From the NCBI RefSeq assembly GCF_001598795.1, contig NZ_BCZP01000011.1:120001-152000 (forward strand): a stretch of 32,000 nt of DNA, written 5' to 3'. Shown piece after piece: positions 8,928-17,065 of this stretch (position 1 is its first letter; every line of letters starts with the position of its first letter). The DNA comes from Delftia acidovorans NBRC 14950 (lineage in GTDB: Bacteria; Pseudomonadota; Gammaproteobacteria; Burkholderiales; Burkholderiaceae_C). A program made the translations under genes and the position numbers. The notes under the pieces are model-generated. The model searched no databases and was not told the DNA's origin. It saw only the letters and a program-made list of their open reading frames with translations.

Positions 8928-9584
8928 TTAACCGAGGCGGGCGCCCAGCCGGCGCTGCAGGGCACGCACGGCGCTGTCCACCGTGGTGAGCACGGGCAGG
9001 CCCGTAGCGGCCTCGCAGGCGGCGCGGGCACGCGCCATGCTGAACTGGGCCAGTGCAATGCGCGTGCAGCCACGCGCAGCCAGGGCCCTGGCCTGCTCGA
9101 CCACCAGGCGGTCATGCGTGGCGGTGTCGCCCCGGTTGAGCGCGTCCATGGCGCCATCGGCCAGGGCGGGCACGAGTTCGATGCCGGCCGGAAACTCCGG
9201 CGGCATGGACTGCAGCGTGGGCGCGAAGCTGGAGATCAAACCCAAGGCCCCCTGCTGGCCCTGCACGGCCTCTTCGATCATGGCCTCGTTGGGCTTGAGC
9301 ACGGGCAGCGGCGCATGGCGCGCGGCCACGGCCTCGATGCACGGGCCAAAGGCCGAGCAGGTGAACAAGATCCCCTGCGCGCCCGTGTCCACGGCGTACT
9401 GCGCCAGGCGCTGGAAACGCTCGTGCATGGCGGCGTCCAGCCCGCGCCCGTTGCGCGCCAGGTCGGCCGAGAGGCTGTCGTCCAGAAGGTTCATGCGAAC
9501 CGCCTCGGGCCAGTCGCGCGCAAAGGCTTCGTTGATGGGAGCGACGGAGTGGCTGAGGGCGTGGATGAGGGCGATGCGGGTCAT
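8928..9584 (-). CDS. Asp/Glu/hydantoin racemase-superfamily protein (arylmalonate decarboxylase/maleate isomerase-like)
   Basis: ATG at 9584 (MTRIALIHAL...); the upstream track start at 9596 is a TTG. Has a GILFTCSAFG motif at the first catalytic-Cys position. Confidence 0.75.
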   Translation of the reverse strand: MTRIALIHALSHSVAPINEAFARDWPEAVRMNLLDDSLSADLARNGRGLDAAMHERFQRLAQYAVDTGAQGILFTCSAFGPCIEAVAARHAPLPVLKPNEAMIEEAVQGQQGALGLISSFAPTLQSMPPEFPAGIELVPALADGAMDALNRGDTATHDRLVVEQARALAARGCTRIALAQFSMARARAACEAATGLPVLTTVDSAVRALQRRLGARLG

Positions 9585-9601
9585 GGATGCGTGCAATAAG
9601 T

Positions 9602-10519
9602 TCAGATGCCCTTGGACGAGGGATGGGCGAAGGCCTCGCGCGTCTCGGCGTTGAGCGGGTAGTTGATGTTGATGTTCCTGGGCGGGATGGGCGACATGAA
9701 CCAGCGGTTGTAGAGCTTTTCCATCTCGCCGGACTGCATCATGCCCGTCACCACGCGGTCCACGATGACCTTGAAGCCGGCATCGTCCTTGCGCAGCATC
9801 AGCGCCTGGTTCTCGGTGCGCAGGCTTTCGCCGGTGATCAGGTAGTCCTGCGGGTTCTTGGCATTGGCGATCTGGCCGGCGAGCAGGATGTCGTCCAGCA
9901 CAAAGGCCTGGGCACGGCCGCTCTCCACCAGCATGAAAGAGTCCGAATGGTCCTTGCCCGAAAGGTTGGTGACGTCGAGGTTGCGGCCCCGGTCCGCCTC
10001 GCGCAGCAGGCGAAAGGACGTGGTGCCCGCCGTCGTCGCCACGGTCTTGCCCTGCAGGTCGGCGACGGAGCGCAGCCCCGAGTCCGCGCGCACCAGCATG
10101 CGCACGTTGTAGCGGAAGATATCCGGCGAGAAGGCCACCTGCTTTTGCCGCTCAACCAGGTTGGTGGTGGAGCCGCACTCCAGGTCCACCGTGCCGTTGG
10201 CCACCAGCGGGATGCGGTTGGCCGAGGTCACGGCCTGATAGCGCACCTGCAGTGCGGGCAGCTTGAGCTGGGCCTTGACCTCGTCCACGATGCGCCGGCA
10301 GATGTCCATGCTGTAGCCCACGGGCTTGAGATCGCCATCCAGGTAGGAAAAGCCGAACGAGGACTCGCGGTAGCCCAGCGTGATGGCCCCCGCCTGCTGG
10401 ATCTTGGCGAGCGTGCCGCTGTCCTGGGCATGGCTGGCGGCCAGCGGCAGCAGCGCGGCGATCAGGGCGCTGGTCACGGCCAGGGCCGTGCGCTTCAGGG
10501 TCGGGCGGGATGGGGTCAT
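9602..10519 (-). CDS. Periplasmic amino-acid (Glu/Asp-type) ABC-transporter substrate-binding protein
   Basis: ATG at 10519 with GGAG upstream. Signal peptide ...LLPLAASHA/QD. Family-3 SBP pattern (ITLGYRESSFGFSY, VDLECGSTT). No permease or ATPase gene is adjacent. Confidence 0.85.
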   Translation of the reverse strand: MTPSRPTLKRTALAVTSALIAALLPLAASHAQDSGTLAKIQQAGAITLGYRESSFGFSYLDGDLKPVGYSMDICRRIVDEVKAQLKLPALQVRYQAVTSANRIPLVANGTVDLECGSTTNLVERQKQVAFSPDIFRYNVRMLVRADSGLRSVADLQGKTVATTAGTTSFRLLREADRGRNLDVTNLSGKDHSDSFMLVESGRAQAFVLDDILLAGQIANAKNPQDYLITGESLRTENQALMLRKDDAGFKVIVDRVVTGMMQSGEMEKLYNRWFMSPIPPRNININYPLNAETREAFAHPSSKGI

Positions 10520-10590
10520 GGGGACACTCCTGTGACGGGGTTGGGGAAAGGGTGGGAAAGCGTGGAAGTACGCGCGAGCGCAGGAACGGA

Positions 10591-11934
10591 TCAGAGAACC
10601 TGGGCGAGTGCGGCCTCGATGGACTCGGCCAGGCGCGTGGCAATGGTCTGCAGCTGTTCCCGCGTGGCGATGAAGGGCGGCGCCAGCAGCACGTGGTCGC
10701 CCGCACGGCCATCGGCCGTGCCGCCGCCGGGGTAGCACAGCAGGCCGCGCTGCAGGGCTTCGGTCTTGATCCGAGCGTTGAGCTTCAGGCCCGCATCGAA
10801 GGGCGCCTTGCTGGCGCGGTCGGCCACCAGCTCCATGCCCCAGAAGAAGCCGCGCCCGCGAATGTCGCCAACGTGCTCGCCCACGCGGCGGTGGCTGCCT
10901 ATGGCTTGCACCAGCATCTGCCCGAAGGCTTCGCCATTGGTACGCACCTTGTCCAGCAGACCGTCGCGCCGTATCACGCGCTGCACGGCCAGTGCCGCCG
11001 CGCAGGCCACCGGGTGGCCCAGGTAGGTATGGCCGTGCTGGAAGAAGCCGCTGCCGCGCGACATGGCATCGACGATGCGCCCCTGCGCCAGCACCGCGCC
11101 CACGGGCTGGTAGCCACCGCCCAGGCCCTTGGCCACGGTGATCAGGTCGGGCACCACGCCTTCCTGCTCGCAGGCATGCAGGGTGCCCGTGCGGCCCATG
11201 CCGCACATGACCTCGTCCAGGATGAGCAGCACGCCGTGGCGGTCGCACACCTCGCGCACGGCCTTGAAGTAGCCGGGCACGGGCGTGAGCACGCCGGCCG
11301 TGGCGCCGCCCACGGTCTCGGCCACGAAGGCGATCACGCTGCGCGGGCCGTGGACGCCGATAGCCGCATCCAGTTCGTCGGCCAGGCGCTGGCCGTATTG
11401 CTCTGGGGTTTCATCGTCGCGCTGGTCGCGGTAGGCATTGCAGGGCGAGACATGGGTGGCCGGCACCAGGATGGGCGCGAACGGCGCGCGCCGCCAGGCA
11501 TTGCCGCCCACGGCCAGCGCACCCAGCGTGTTGCCGTGGTAGCTCTGGCGGCGTGCGATGAAGTGCGTGCGCTCGGGCTGGCCGATCTCCACGAAGTACT
11601 GGCGCGCCATCTTGAGCGCGGCCTCCACGGCCTCGGAGCCGCCGCTGACCAGGTAGGCGTGGCTGGTGCCTTCGGGCGCGCCGCGCACCAGTTCCTGCCC
11701 CAGTTCCTCGGCCACCGCAGTGGTGAAGAAGCTGGTGTGGGCATAGGCCAGCCGGTCGATCTGGTCATGCATGGCGGCGATCACGTCGGGATGCCCGTGG
11801 CCCAGCGAGGACACGGCCGCGCCGCCCGAGGCATCGATATAGCTGCGCCCCTGCGCGTCGCGTATCTCCAGGCCGCTGGCGGCGACAGCGACGGGGGGCG
11901 TGTGGTGCAGATGGCGATGGAACACATGGCTCAT
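10591..11934 (-). CDS. Class-III (omega) aminotransferase, PLP-dependent
   Basis: ATG at 11934 (MSHVFHRHLHH...); an alternative in-frame ATG lies at 11964. Contains GGSEAVEAALK, LILDEVMCGMGRTG and TVAKGLGGGYQP (PLP-Lys) motifs. Confidence 0.88.
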   Translation of the reverse strand: MSHVFHRHLHHTPPVAVAASGLEIRDAQGRSYIDASGGAAVSSLGHGHPDVIAAMHDQIDRLAYAHTSFFTTAVAEELGQELVRGAPEGTSHAYLVSGGSEAVEAALKMARQYFVEIGQPERTHFIARRQSYHGNTLGALAVGGNAWRRAPFAPILVPATHVSPCNAYRDQRDDETPEQYGQRLADELDAAIGVHGPRSVIAFVAETVGGATAGVLTPVPGYFKAVREVCDRHGVLLILDEVMCGMGRTGTLHACEQEGVVPDLITVAKGLGGGYQPVGAVLAQGRIVDAMSRGSGFFQHGHTYLGHPVACAAALAVQRVIRRDGLLDKVRTNGEAFGQMLVQAIGSHRRVGEHVGDIRGRGFFWGMELVADRASKAPFDAGLKLNARIKTEALQRGLLCYPGGGTADGRAGDHVLLAPPFIATREQLQTIATRLAESIEAALAQVL

Positions 11935-11967
11935 GGCAGTTCTTTCAAGGAACAAATGTTTCATCAC

Positions 11968-11996
11968 ATTATTTGACGGAACATTTGTTCCGTCAA
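11968..11996 (-). promoter_or_regulatory. Sigma70-like promoter of the aminotransferase string, overlapped by a perfect palindromic operator
   Basis: Minus strand reads TTGACG (11996-11991), a 17-nt spacer, then AATAAT (11973-11968). The palindrome TTGACGGAACA-tt-TGTTCCGTCAA (11973..11996) spans the -35 to -10 region. A related site GGAACAaaTGTTtC lies at 11949..11962. Confidence 0.55.
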
Positions 11997-12094
11997 CAGA
12001 GATTTCAACAACAGCCGTTCCAAGCCAGCCCGCGCCTGGGCTACAGTCGGCGCAGCCAACACCGCCCTTTTCCCCCCTTTTCTCCTGAAAACCC

Positions 12095-12973
12095 ATGTCC
12101 GTTCAAGACGACATCCGCCAGCGATTTGCCGAGTTGAGCCCGGCCCTGCAACAGGTGGCCCGCTTCGTGCTGGAGCATCCCAACGATGTGGTCACGGCCT
12201 CCATGCGCAGCGTGGGCACGCGCGCCGGCAGCCCGCCCGCCACGCTGGTGCGGTTTGCGCAGTGGCTGGGTTTTGACGGCTGGCCGCAGCTCAAGCAGGC
12301 CTTCGCGCAGGACATGGGGCTGGGCAGCGACGAGGCCTACGGCCAGCGCGCCAAGGCCCTGGTGGGCCGCGCTGGCGACCATGACCTGGTGGGCGAGACC
12401 TTCGAAGTGCACCGCCGCAATCTGGAGGCCACCGAGCGGCGCCTGGGCGATGCGCTGCAGCAGGCCTGCGCACTGCTGGAAAAGGCCCGCAGCGTGCATG
12501 TGGCGGGCTTTCGCGCCAGCTACCCCGTGGCCTTTTCCTTTGTCTATGTGTACCGGCTGCTGCGCGCCAGCGTGCACCTGCTGGACGGCCAGGGCGGCAC
12601 GCTGGAGATGCAATGCCGCGCCATGGAGCGCGGCGACGCATTGCTGGTAGTCGCCTTTGCGCCCTACTCGCGCGAGGCGCTGGCCGTGGCCCAGGCCGCC
12701 AGGGACGCGGGCTGCCGCATCGTGGCACTGACCGACAGCCCCGCCTCGCCCCTGGCGCTGCTGGCCGACGCCACGCTGCTGTTTTCGCTGCACAGCCCGT
12801 CGTTCTTCCCCTCCATCACCTCGGCCGTGGCGCTGTCCGAGGCCCTGGTGGAACTGCTGGCCAGCCGCGCCGGCAAGGGCGTGGTGCAGCGCATCGACCA
12901 GGCCGAGGAGCAATTGTTTGCCAGCGGCGCGTATCTGGAGGCGCCTCGGTCGAGGAAAGCCGGTCGCGACTAG
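12095..12973 (+). CDS. MurR/RpiR-family transcriptional regulator (HTH_6 + SIS domain)
   Basis: 292 aa. The N-terminus LSPALQQVARFVLEHPNDVVTASMRSVGTRAGSPPATLVRFAQWLGFDGW is the RpiR HTH. The SIS-like segment is VHVAGFRASYPVA...LLVVAF...IVALTDS. Confidence 0.88.
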   Translation: MSVQDDIRQRFAELSPALQQVARFVLEHPNDVVTASMRSVGTRAGSPPATLVRFAQWLGFDGWPQLKQAFAQDMGLGSDEAYGQRAKALVGRAGDHDLVGETFEVHRRNLEATERRLGDALQQACALLEKARSVHVAGFRASYPVAFSFVYVYRLLRASVHLLDGQGGTLEMQCRAMERGDALLVVAFAPYSREALAVAQAARDAGCRIVALTDSPASPLALLADATLLFSLHSPSFFPSITSAVALSEALVELLASRAGKGVVQRIDQAEEQLFASGAYLEAPRSRKAGRD

Positions 12974-13767
12974 CCCAAGGCCGAAGCCGCCATTTGCGCC
13001 ACAGCCATCGCAGCGCCAGGATCGTCACCGTCTTCCATGCTCCAGACCGCAGACAGTCCTGACCAGGCCAGCACCCATTGCAACAGGCGCCTTTGCTCTA
13101 TGCCCGAGACTTCGGCAATGGTGGCCATGCGGCGCGCAAAGCGCCCCGGCGCCAGTGCGTTGGCGCGGTCGGGATTGCTCAGGATGTTGGCGTAGTCAAA
13201 GCCGCGCTCGCCGTGCAGGCCCTTGGGATCGATGGCCAGCCAGCCCAGGGGGCCGAAGTCCAGCACATTGCCGTGGTGAAGGTCACCATGCAGCACGATC
13301 ACGTCGCGCGGTGCGGCCAGCAGCTCGCGCGCCGTGGTGGCGCACAGGCCGAGCAGGCTGGCGGTTCCATGGCCTTGTGCAAGCAATGCATGGAACCACT
13401 GCGTCAGCGGCACCAGGGGTGGCAACGCCTTGGCGCGCGGCAGGTGCAGGCGCTTGGCAGCGGTGCACAGGATGCGCGTGGCCTCCTCATCGCGCTCGCC
13501 ACGGGCCATCTCCACCAGCGATTCGGGTCCTGTGGCGCGCAGCATCAGCAGGGCCGGCCCTTCATGGGCCAGCACGGGCGCGGCACCATCGCCATTCCAC
13601 CAGGCCATCAGGCGGGCACCGGCCACCTCTTCGGGCTCCAGCGCAATCTTGAGCATGGCGGGCGTGCCGCCCTGGCGCACGGGCAGCAACACACCGCGCG
13701 GCGTGTACAGGGGCTGGCCATCGATGGTCAGAGCCCAGCGGCTCAGATACGGCGCATGGAGAGACAT
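12970..13767 (-). CDS. APH(6)/hydroxyurea-kinase-family phosphotransferase (protein-kinase-like fold)
   Basis: ATG at 13767, only 16 nt after the btuD-like stop. Catalytic-loop motif VIVLHGDLHHGNVL followed by WLAIDPKG. 265 aa. Confidence 0.8.
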   Translation of the reverse strand: MSLHAPYLSRWALTIDGQPLYTPRGVLLPVRQGGTPAMLKIALEPEEVAGARLMAWWNGDGAAPVLAHEGPALLMLRATGPESLVEMARGERDEEATRILCTAAKRLHLPRAKALPPLVPLTQWFHALLAQGHGTASLLGLCATTARELLAAPRDVIVLHGDLHHGNVLDFGPLGWLAIDPKGLHGERGFDYANILSNPDRANALAPGRFARRMATIAEVSGIEQRRLLQWVLAWSGLSAVWSMEDGDDPGAAMAVAQMAASALG

Positions 13768-13783
13768 TTTTTCCAACAGGCGA

Positions 13784-14581
13784 TCAGGGAGCCGCAGCTT
13801 GCCCCCGCAGCCGTGGCAGGGCCAGCCACTGCCCGTCGACGGCGCGGATGCGCAGCCGGTGCTCGAACACGGCCTCCAGCGCCGCATGCGTGACCGCGTC
13901 GGCGCAGGCACCCTGGTGCACCACTTGCCCCTTGTCGAGAATGACCAGTTCCTGAGCCTGCAAGGCCATCGATATCTCATGCAGCACGCTGACCACGGTG
14001 CGGCCCTGGGTGACCAGGGCCTGCACGCATTCGAGCCAGTCGGCCTGGTGCGGCGGGTCGAGGTTGGCCAGGGGTTCGTCCATCAGCAGCACGCGGGCCT
14101 GCACGGCCAGGGCGCGCGCCAGCAGCACGCGCTGGCGCTCCCCGCCCGAGAGACTGCCCACGCTGCGCATGCGCCAGTCCCAGCCCTGGGTCTGGCGCAG
14201 GGCCTGCTCCACGGCGGCATGGTCTGCCTGGCTGGGCGCAGCCAACCAGCCCTGGTGCGGCAGGCGGCCCAGCATGACCACGTCATGGACCCGCATGTCG
14301 CCGGCCACGGGCTGGTTCTGCCCCAGCCAGGCGAGCGAGCAGGCCCGTTCGCGCGCACTCCATTGCCGCAGCGGGCGGCCCAGGAGCTCCACCTCCCCTT
14401 GCACGCCAGCGCCGGACTCCATGCCTGCCAGGGCGCGCAGCAGCGTGGATTTGCCTGCGCCATTGGGGCCGACGATGGCGGTCCAGCGGCCGGCCGGCAG
14501 GGCCAGGTTAAAGCCGCCCAGGACCTGTCGATCGCCCAGGCGAACCTTCAGGGCGCGCGCTTGCAGGGCGGGGGCCGTCAT
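13784..14581 (-). CDS. btuD: Corrinoid/iron-siderophore-type ABC transporter ATP-binding protein
   Basis: ATG at 14581 forms an ATGA overlap with the permease stop. Walker A GPNGAGKST, signature LSGGERQR, Walker B LLMDEP. Confidence 0.85.
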   Translation of the reverse strand: MTAPALQARALKVRLGDRQVLGGFNLALPAGRWTAIVGPNGAGKSTLLRALAGMESGAGVQGEVELLGRPLRQWSARERACSLAWLGQNQPVAGDMRVHDVVMLGRLPHQGWLAAPSQADHAAVEQALRQTQGWDWRMRSVGSLSGGERQRVLLARALAVQARVLLMDEPLANLDPPHQADWLECVQALVTQGRTVVSVLHEISMALQAQELVILDKGQVVHQGACADAVTHAALEAVFEHRLRIRAVDGQWLALPRLRGQAAAP

Positions 14582-15606
14582 GCGCCCTCCCCGCCGCGCA
14601 GGGCGTGGCGGCGGTGCATGAGCCACAGCAGGTAGCTGCCGCCCAGCAAGGCCGTGAGCGCGCCCACGGGCAGCTCCTGCGGGGCGATGAGCCAGCGCGC
14701 CAGCAGGTCGGCGGCCAGCAGCAGCACGGCGCCCATGCCCGCGCTGAGCACCAGCAGCCAGCGGTGCATGGAGCGCACCATGGAGCGCACCAGATGCGGC
14801 GCGGCCAGGCCGACGAAGGCAATCAGCCCGGTCTGCGCCACGGCCGTGCCGGTGGCCAGCGCCAGCAGCAAGATGAGCACCATGCGCAGCGGCGCCAGCG
14901 GCAGGCCCAGGCTGTGGGCCGTAGCCTCGCCCAGGGACAGGCCGTCGAGCACGCGGCCCAGGCACCAGGCGCCCAGGGCGGTGGCCAGCAGCACGGCCAG
15001 CATCAGCGCGCAGGCGCCCCAGCCGATGAAGGAGGTGCTGCCCAGCATGAAGGCCTGCATGGCCTGCATGATGTCCGGGTTCATCAGCAGCACCAGCGAT
15101 GCGGCCGCGCCCAGCACCACCCCCACCACCACGCCGGCCAGCAGCAGGCGCATGGTGTTGTGCACGCCCTGGGCCAGCACCAGGGTCAGCAGCACGGCCA
15201 GGGCCGCGCCCGCAAAGGCCGCACCCGTGACACCCAGGCGCGCCAGGCCCGCCAGTGCGAAGGGCGAGGCGCCCAGCGCCGCCATGCTCAGCGCCACGCC
15301 CAGCGAGGCGCCCGAGGCACTGCCCAGCAGATAGGGATCGGCCAGCGGGTTGCGGAACACGCCCTGGGCGATGGCCCCGGCCAGCCCCAGCAGGCCGCCC
15401 GCCAGCCACGCGCCCGCCGTGCGGGGCAGCCGGATGTCGGTGACGATCTGCCAGGACAGCGGATCGCTGCGCGCCGCCCACACGCTCTCCCAGCCCGTGC
15501 TGCCCACGCCCGCACCCAGCAGCATGAGCAGGGCACTCACGACCAGCAGGGCCAGTGCCATCCAGGGCGCAGCCAGGCCGCTGTGGTGCCTGCGGGCCGG
15601 CCTCAC
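14578..15606 (-). CDS. btuC: FecCD-family ABC transporter permease (BtuC-like)
   Basis: 342-aa polytopic protein. The GTG start at 15606 overlaps the btuF-like stop (GTGA). Has FecCD-type motifs (IRLPRTAGAWLAGGLLGLAGA..., GGSYLLW). Confidence 0.85.
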   Translation of the reverse strand: MRPARRHHSGLAAPWMALALLVVSALLMLLGAGVGSTGWESVWAARSDPLSWQIVTDIRLPRTAGAWLAGGLLGLAGAIAQGVFRNPLADPYLLGSASGASLGVALSMAALGASPFALAGLARLGVTGAAFAGAALAVLLTLVLAQGVHNTMRLLLAGVVVGVVLGAAASLVLLMNPDIMQAMQAFMLGSTSFIGWGACALMLAVLLATALGAWCLGRVLDGLSLGEATAHSLGLPLAPLRMVLILLLALATGTAVAQTGLIAFVGLAAPHLVRSMVRSMHRWLLVLSAGMGAVLLLAADLLARWLIAPQELPVGALTALLGGSYLLWLMHRRHALRGGEGA

Positions 15607-16514
15607 CGTGCGGCCCCGTTCAGGCAGCGCGCCATCAGCGCAGCGCCCTCGGCCATGCGCGGGCCGGCGCGCACCAGCACGTCCAGTTCGGCCGGCACAA
15701 AGCGGCAGACGCGCCCGGCCTGCATGGCACGCATGCGGCCCCAGCCCGGATAGGGCTCGCCTGATGTGCCCAGGCTGCGGTCGCCGCCCAGGATGAAGTC
15801 CGGATCGGCGCGCACCACGAATTCAGGGTTGATGCGCGGAAACGGCCCCAGCTGCGCACCCACGATGTTGCGCATGCCCAGGCGCGCCAGGGTCTCGCCG
15901 ATGAACGAAGACTCGCCTGCGGCAAAGGGGCCGCGGTTGACCTCGAAATACACGGTCTGCCCGCGCAGCGCGGGGGCCATGCTGCGCTCCACGTCTTGCA
16001 TGCGCGCCTCGATGGCGGACCAGACACGGTCGGCGCCCTGCGCGGGCGGCAGGTCCAGCAACTGGCCCACGGTGCGCAGTACGGCCTGCGCATCGGCATG
16101 GGTGCGCGGCTCCAGCGCCACCACCTTGAGGCCCAATGCCTGCAGCCGCGCCACCGAGCGCGAGGCCATGGACACCAGCACCAGATCGGGCTTGAGCGCG
16201 ACGATGGCCTCGATGTTGGGATCGATTCCGCCGCCCACCACAGGCAGGGTCTTCACATGGGCCGGCCAGTTCGAATAGCGGTCCACGCCGACCAGACGCT
16301 GGCAGCCGCCCAGCTCGCACACGGTCTCGGTCAGCGAGGGCAGCAGGCTGACGATGCGCTGCGGCGGCTGTGGCAGCTCCACCGGAACGCCCCGCCCGTC
16401 CGTGACCCGGATGGCAGCCTGCGCCGCAGACAGCGCCAGTGCCAGGCCCCACAGGGCGAGACGCCATGGCCTCACGGCTGCGGGCCCTTGAGCGCCAGCG
16501 GCAGGCCGGCGCAC
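15603..16514 (-). CDS. btuF: Periplasmic-binding-protein type 2 (BtuF-like corrinoid-binding protein)
   Basis: Contains RIVSLLPSLTETVCELGG...LVGVD and a signal peptide. An alternative GTG start at 16475 gives a GTGA overlap with the cobU stop and may be the true start. Confidence 0.8.
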   Translation of the reverse strand: MRRPAAGAQGPAAVRPWRLALWGLALALSAAQAAIRVTDGRGVPVELPQPPQRIVSLLPSLTETVCELGGCQRLVGVDRYSNWPAHVKTLPVVGGGIDPNIEAIVALKPDLVLVSMASRSVARLQALGLKVVALEPRTHADAQAVLRTVGQLLDLPPAQGADRVWSAIEARMQDVERSMAPALRGQTVYFEVNRGPFAAGESSFIGETLARLGMRNIVGAQLGPFPRINPEFVVRADPDFILGGDRSLGTSGEPYPGWGRMRAMQAGRVCRFVPAELDVLVRAGPRMAEGAALMARCLNGAAR

Positions 16515-17065
16515 ATCAGCGTGACGGTTTCACAGCTTTGCGCCGCACGCTGGTTGAGCACACCCAGCGCATCCACAAAGGCCCTCACCTGCGATCCCAG
16601 CGGGATCACGCCCAGGCCGATCTCGTTGCCGACCAGGATCACCGGGCCGGGCGCAGCTTGCAAGGCGGCCAGAAAGGCCGTGCATTGGCCCTCCCATCCG
16701 CGCGCCAGTTCCTCGGAAGGCTGGGCCGGCATCATCCAGTTGGTCAGCCACAGCGTCAGGCAGTCCACCACCAGCAGGCGCTGCGGCGTGCTGTGCCGCG
16801 CAAGCATGGCGGCCAGGTCCAGCGGCTCCTCAAGCGTGGCCATGCCCGGCACGCGCTCGGCGCGGTCGCGCCGGTGGCGGGCGATGCGCTCGCGCATTTC
16901 GTCGTCCCATGGCTGGCCGGTGGCGATCAGCGCGGCCTCGCGGTCCAGGGCGCCATCGAGCCAGGCGCGGGCCAGCAATTCGGCACGGCGCGACTTGCCG
17001 CTTTTCTGGCCGCCCAGAATGAGTTGGCTGCGCGCAAGCGAATAGGTGGAGATCTGGTCGGTCAT
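16472..17065 (-). CDS. cobU: Bifunctional adenosylcobinamide kinase/adenosylcobinamide-phosphate guanylyltransferase
   Basis: 197 aa. P-loop LILGGQKSGKS. ATGA overlap with the cobB stop at 17062-17065. Confidence 0.88.
   Translation of the reverse strand: MTDQISTYSLARSQLILGGQKSGKSRRAELLARAWLDGALDREAALIATGQPWDDEMRERIARHRRDRAERVPGMATLEEPLDLAAMLARHSTPQRLLVVDCLTLWLTNWMMPAQPSEELARGWEGQCTAFLAALQAAPGPVILVGNEIGLGVIPLGSQVRAFVDALGVLNQRAAQSCETVTLMCAGLPLALKGPQP

Noticed and set aside
12970-13767. Calling the APH(6)-like gene an acquired streptomycin-resistance determinant.
   Set aside because: It has the same extreme GC content and codon style as its neighbours. There are no flanking IS, integron or transposon features. 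It is tightly embedded in a chromosomal operon. A resistance function cannot be excluded without an assay.
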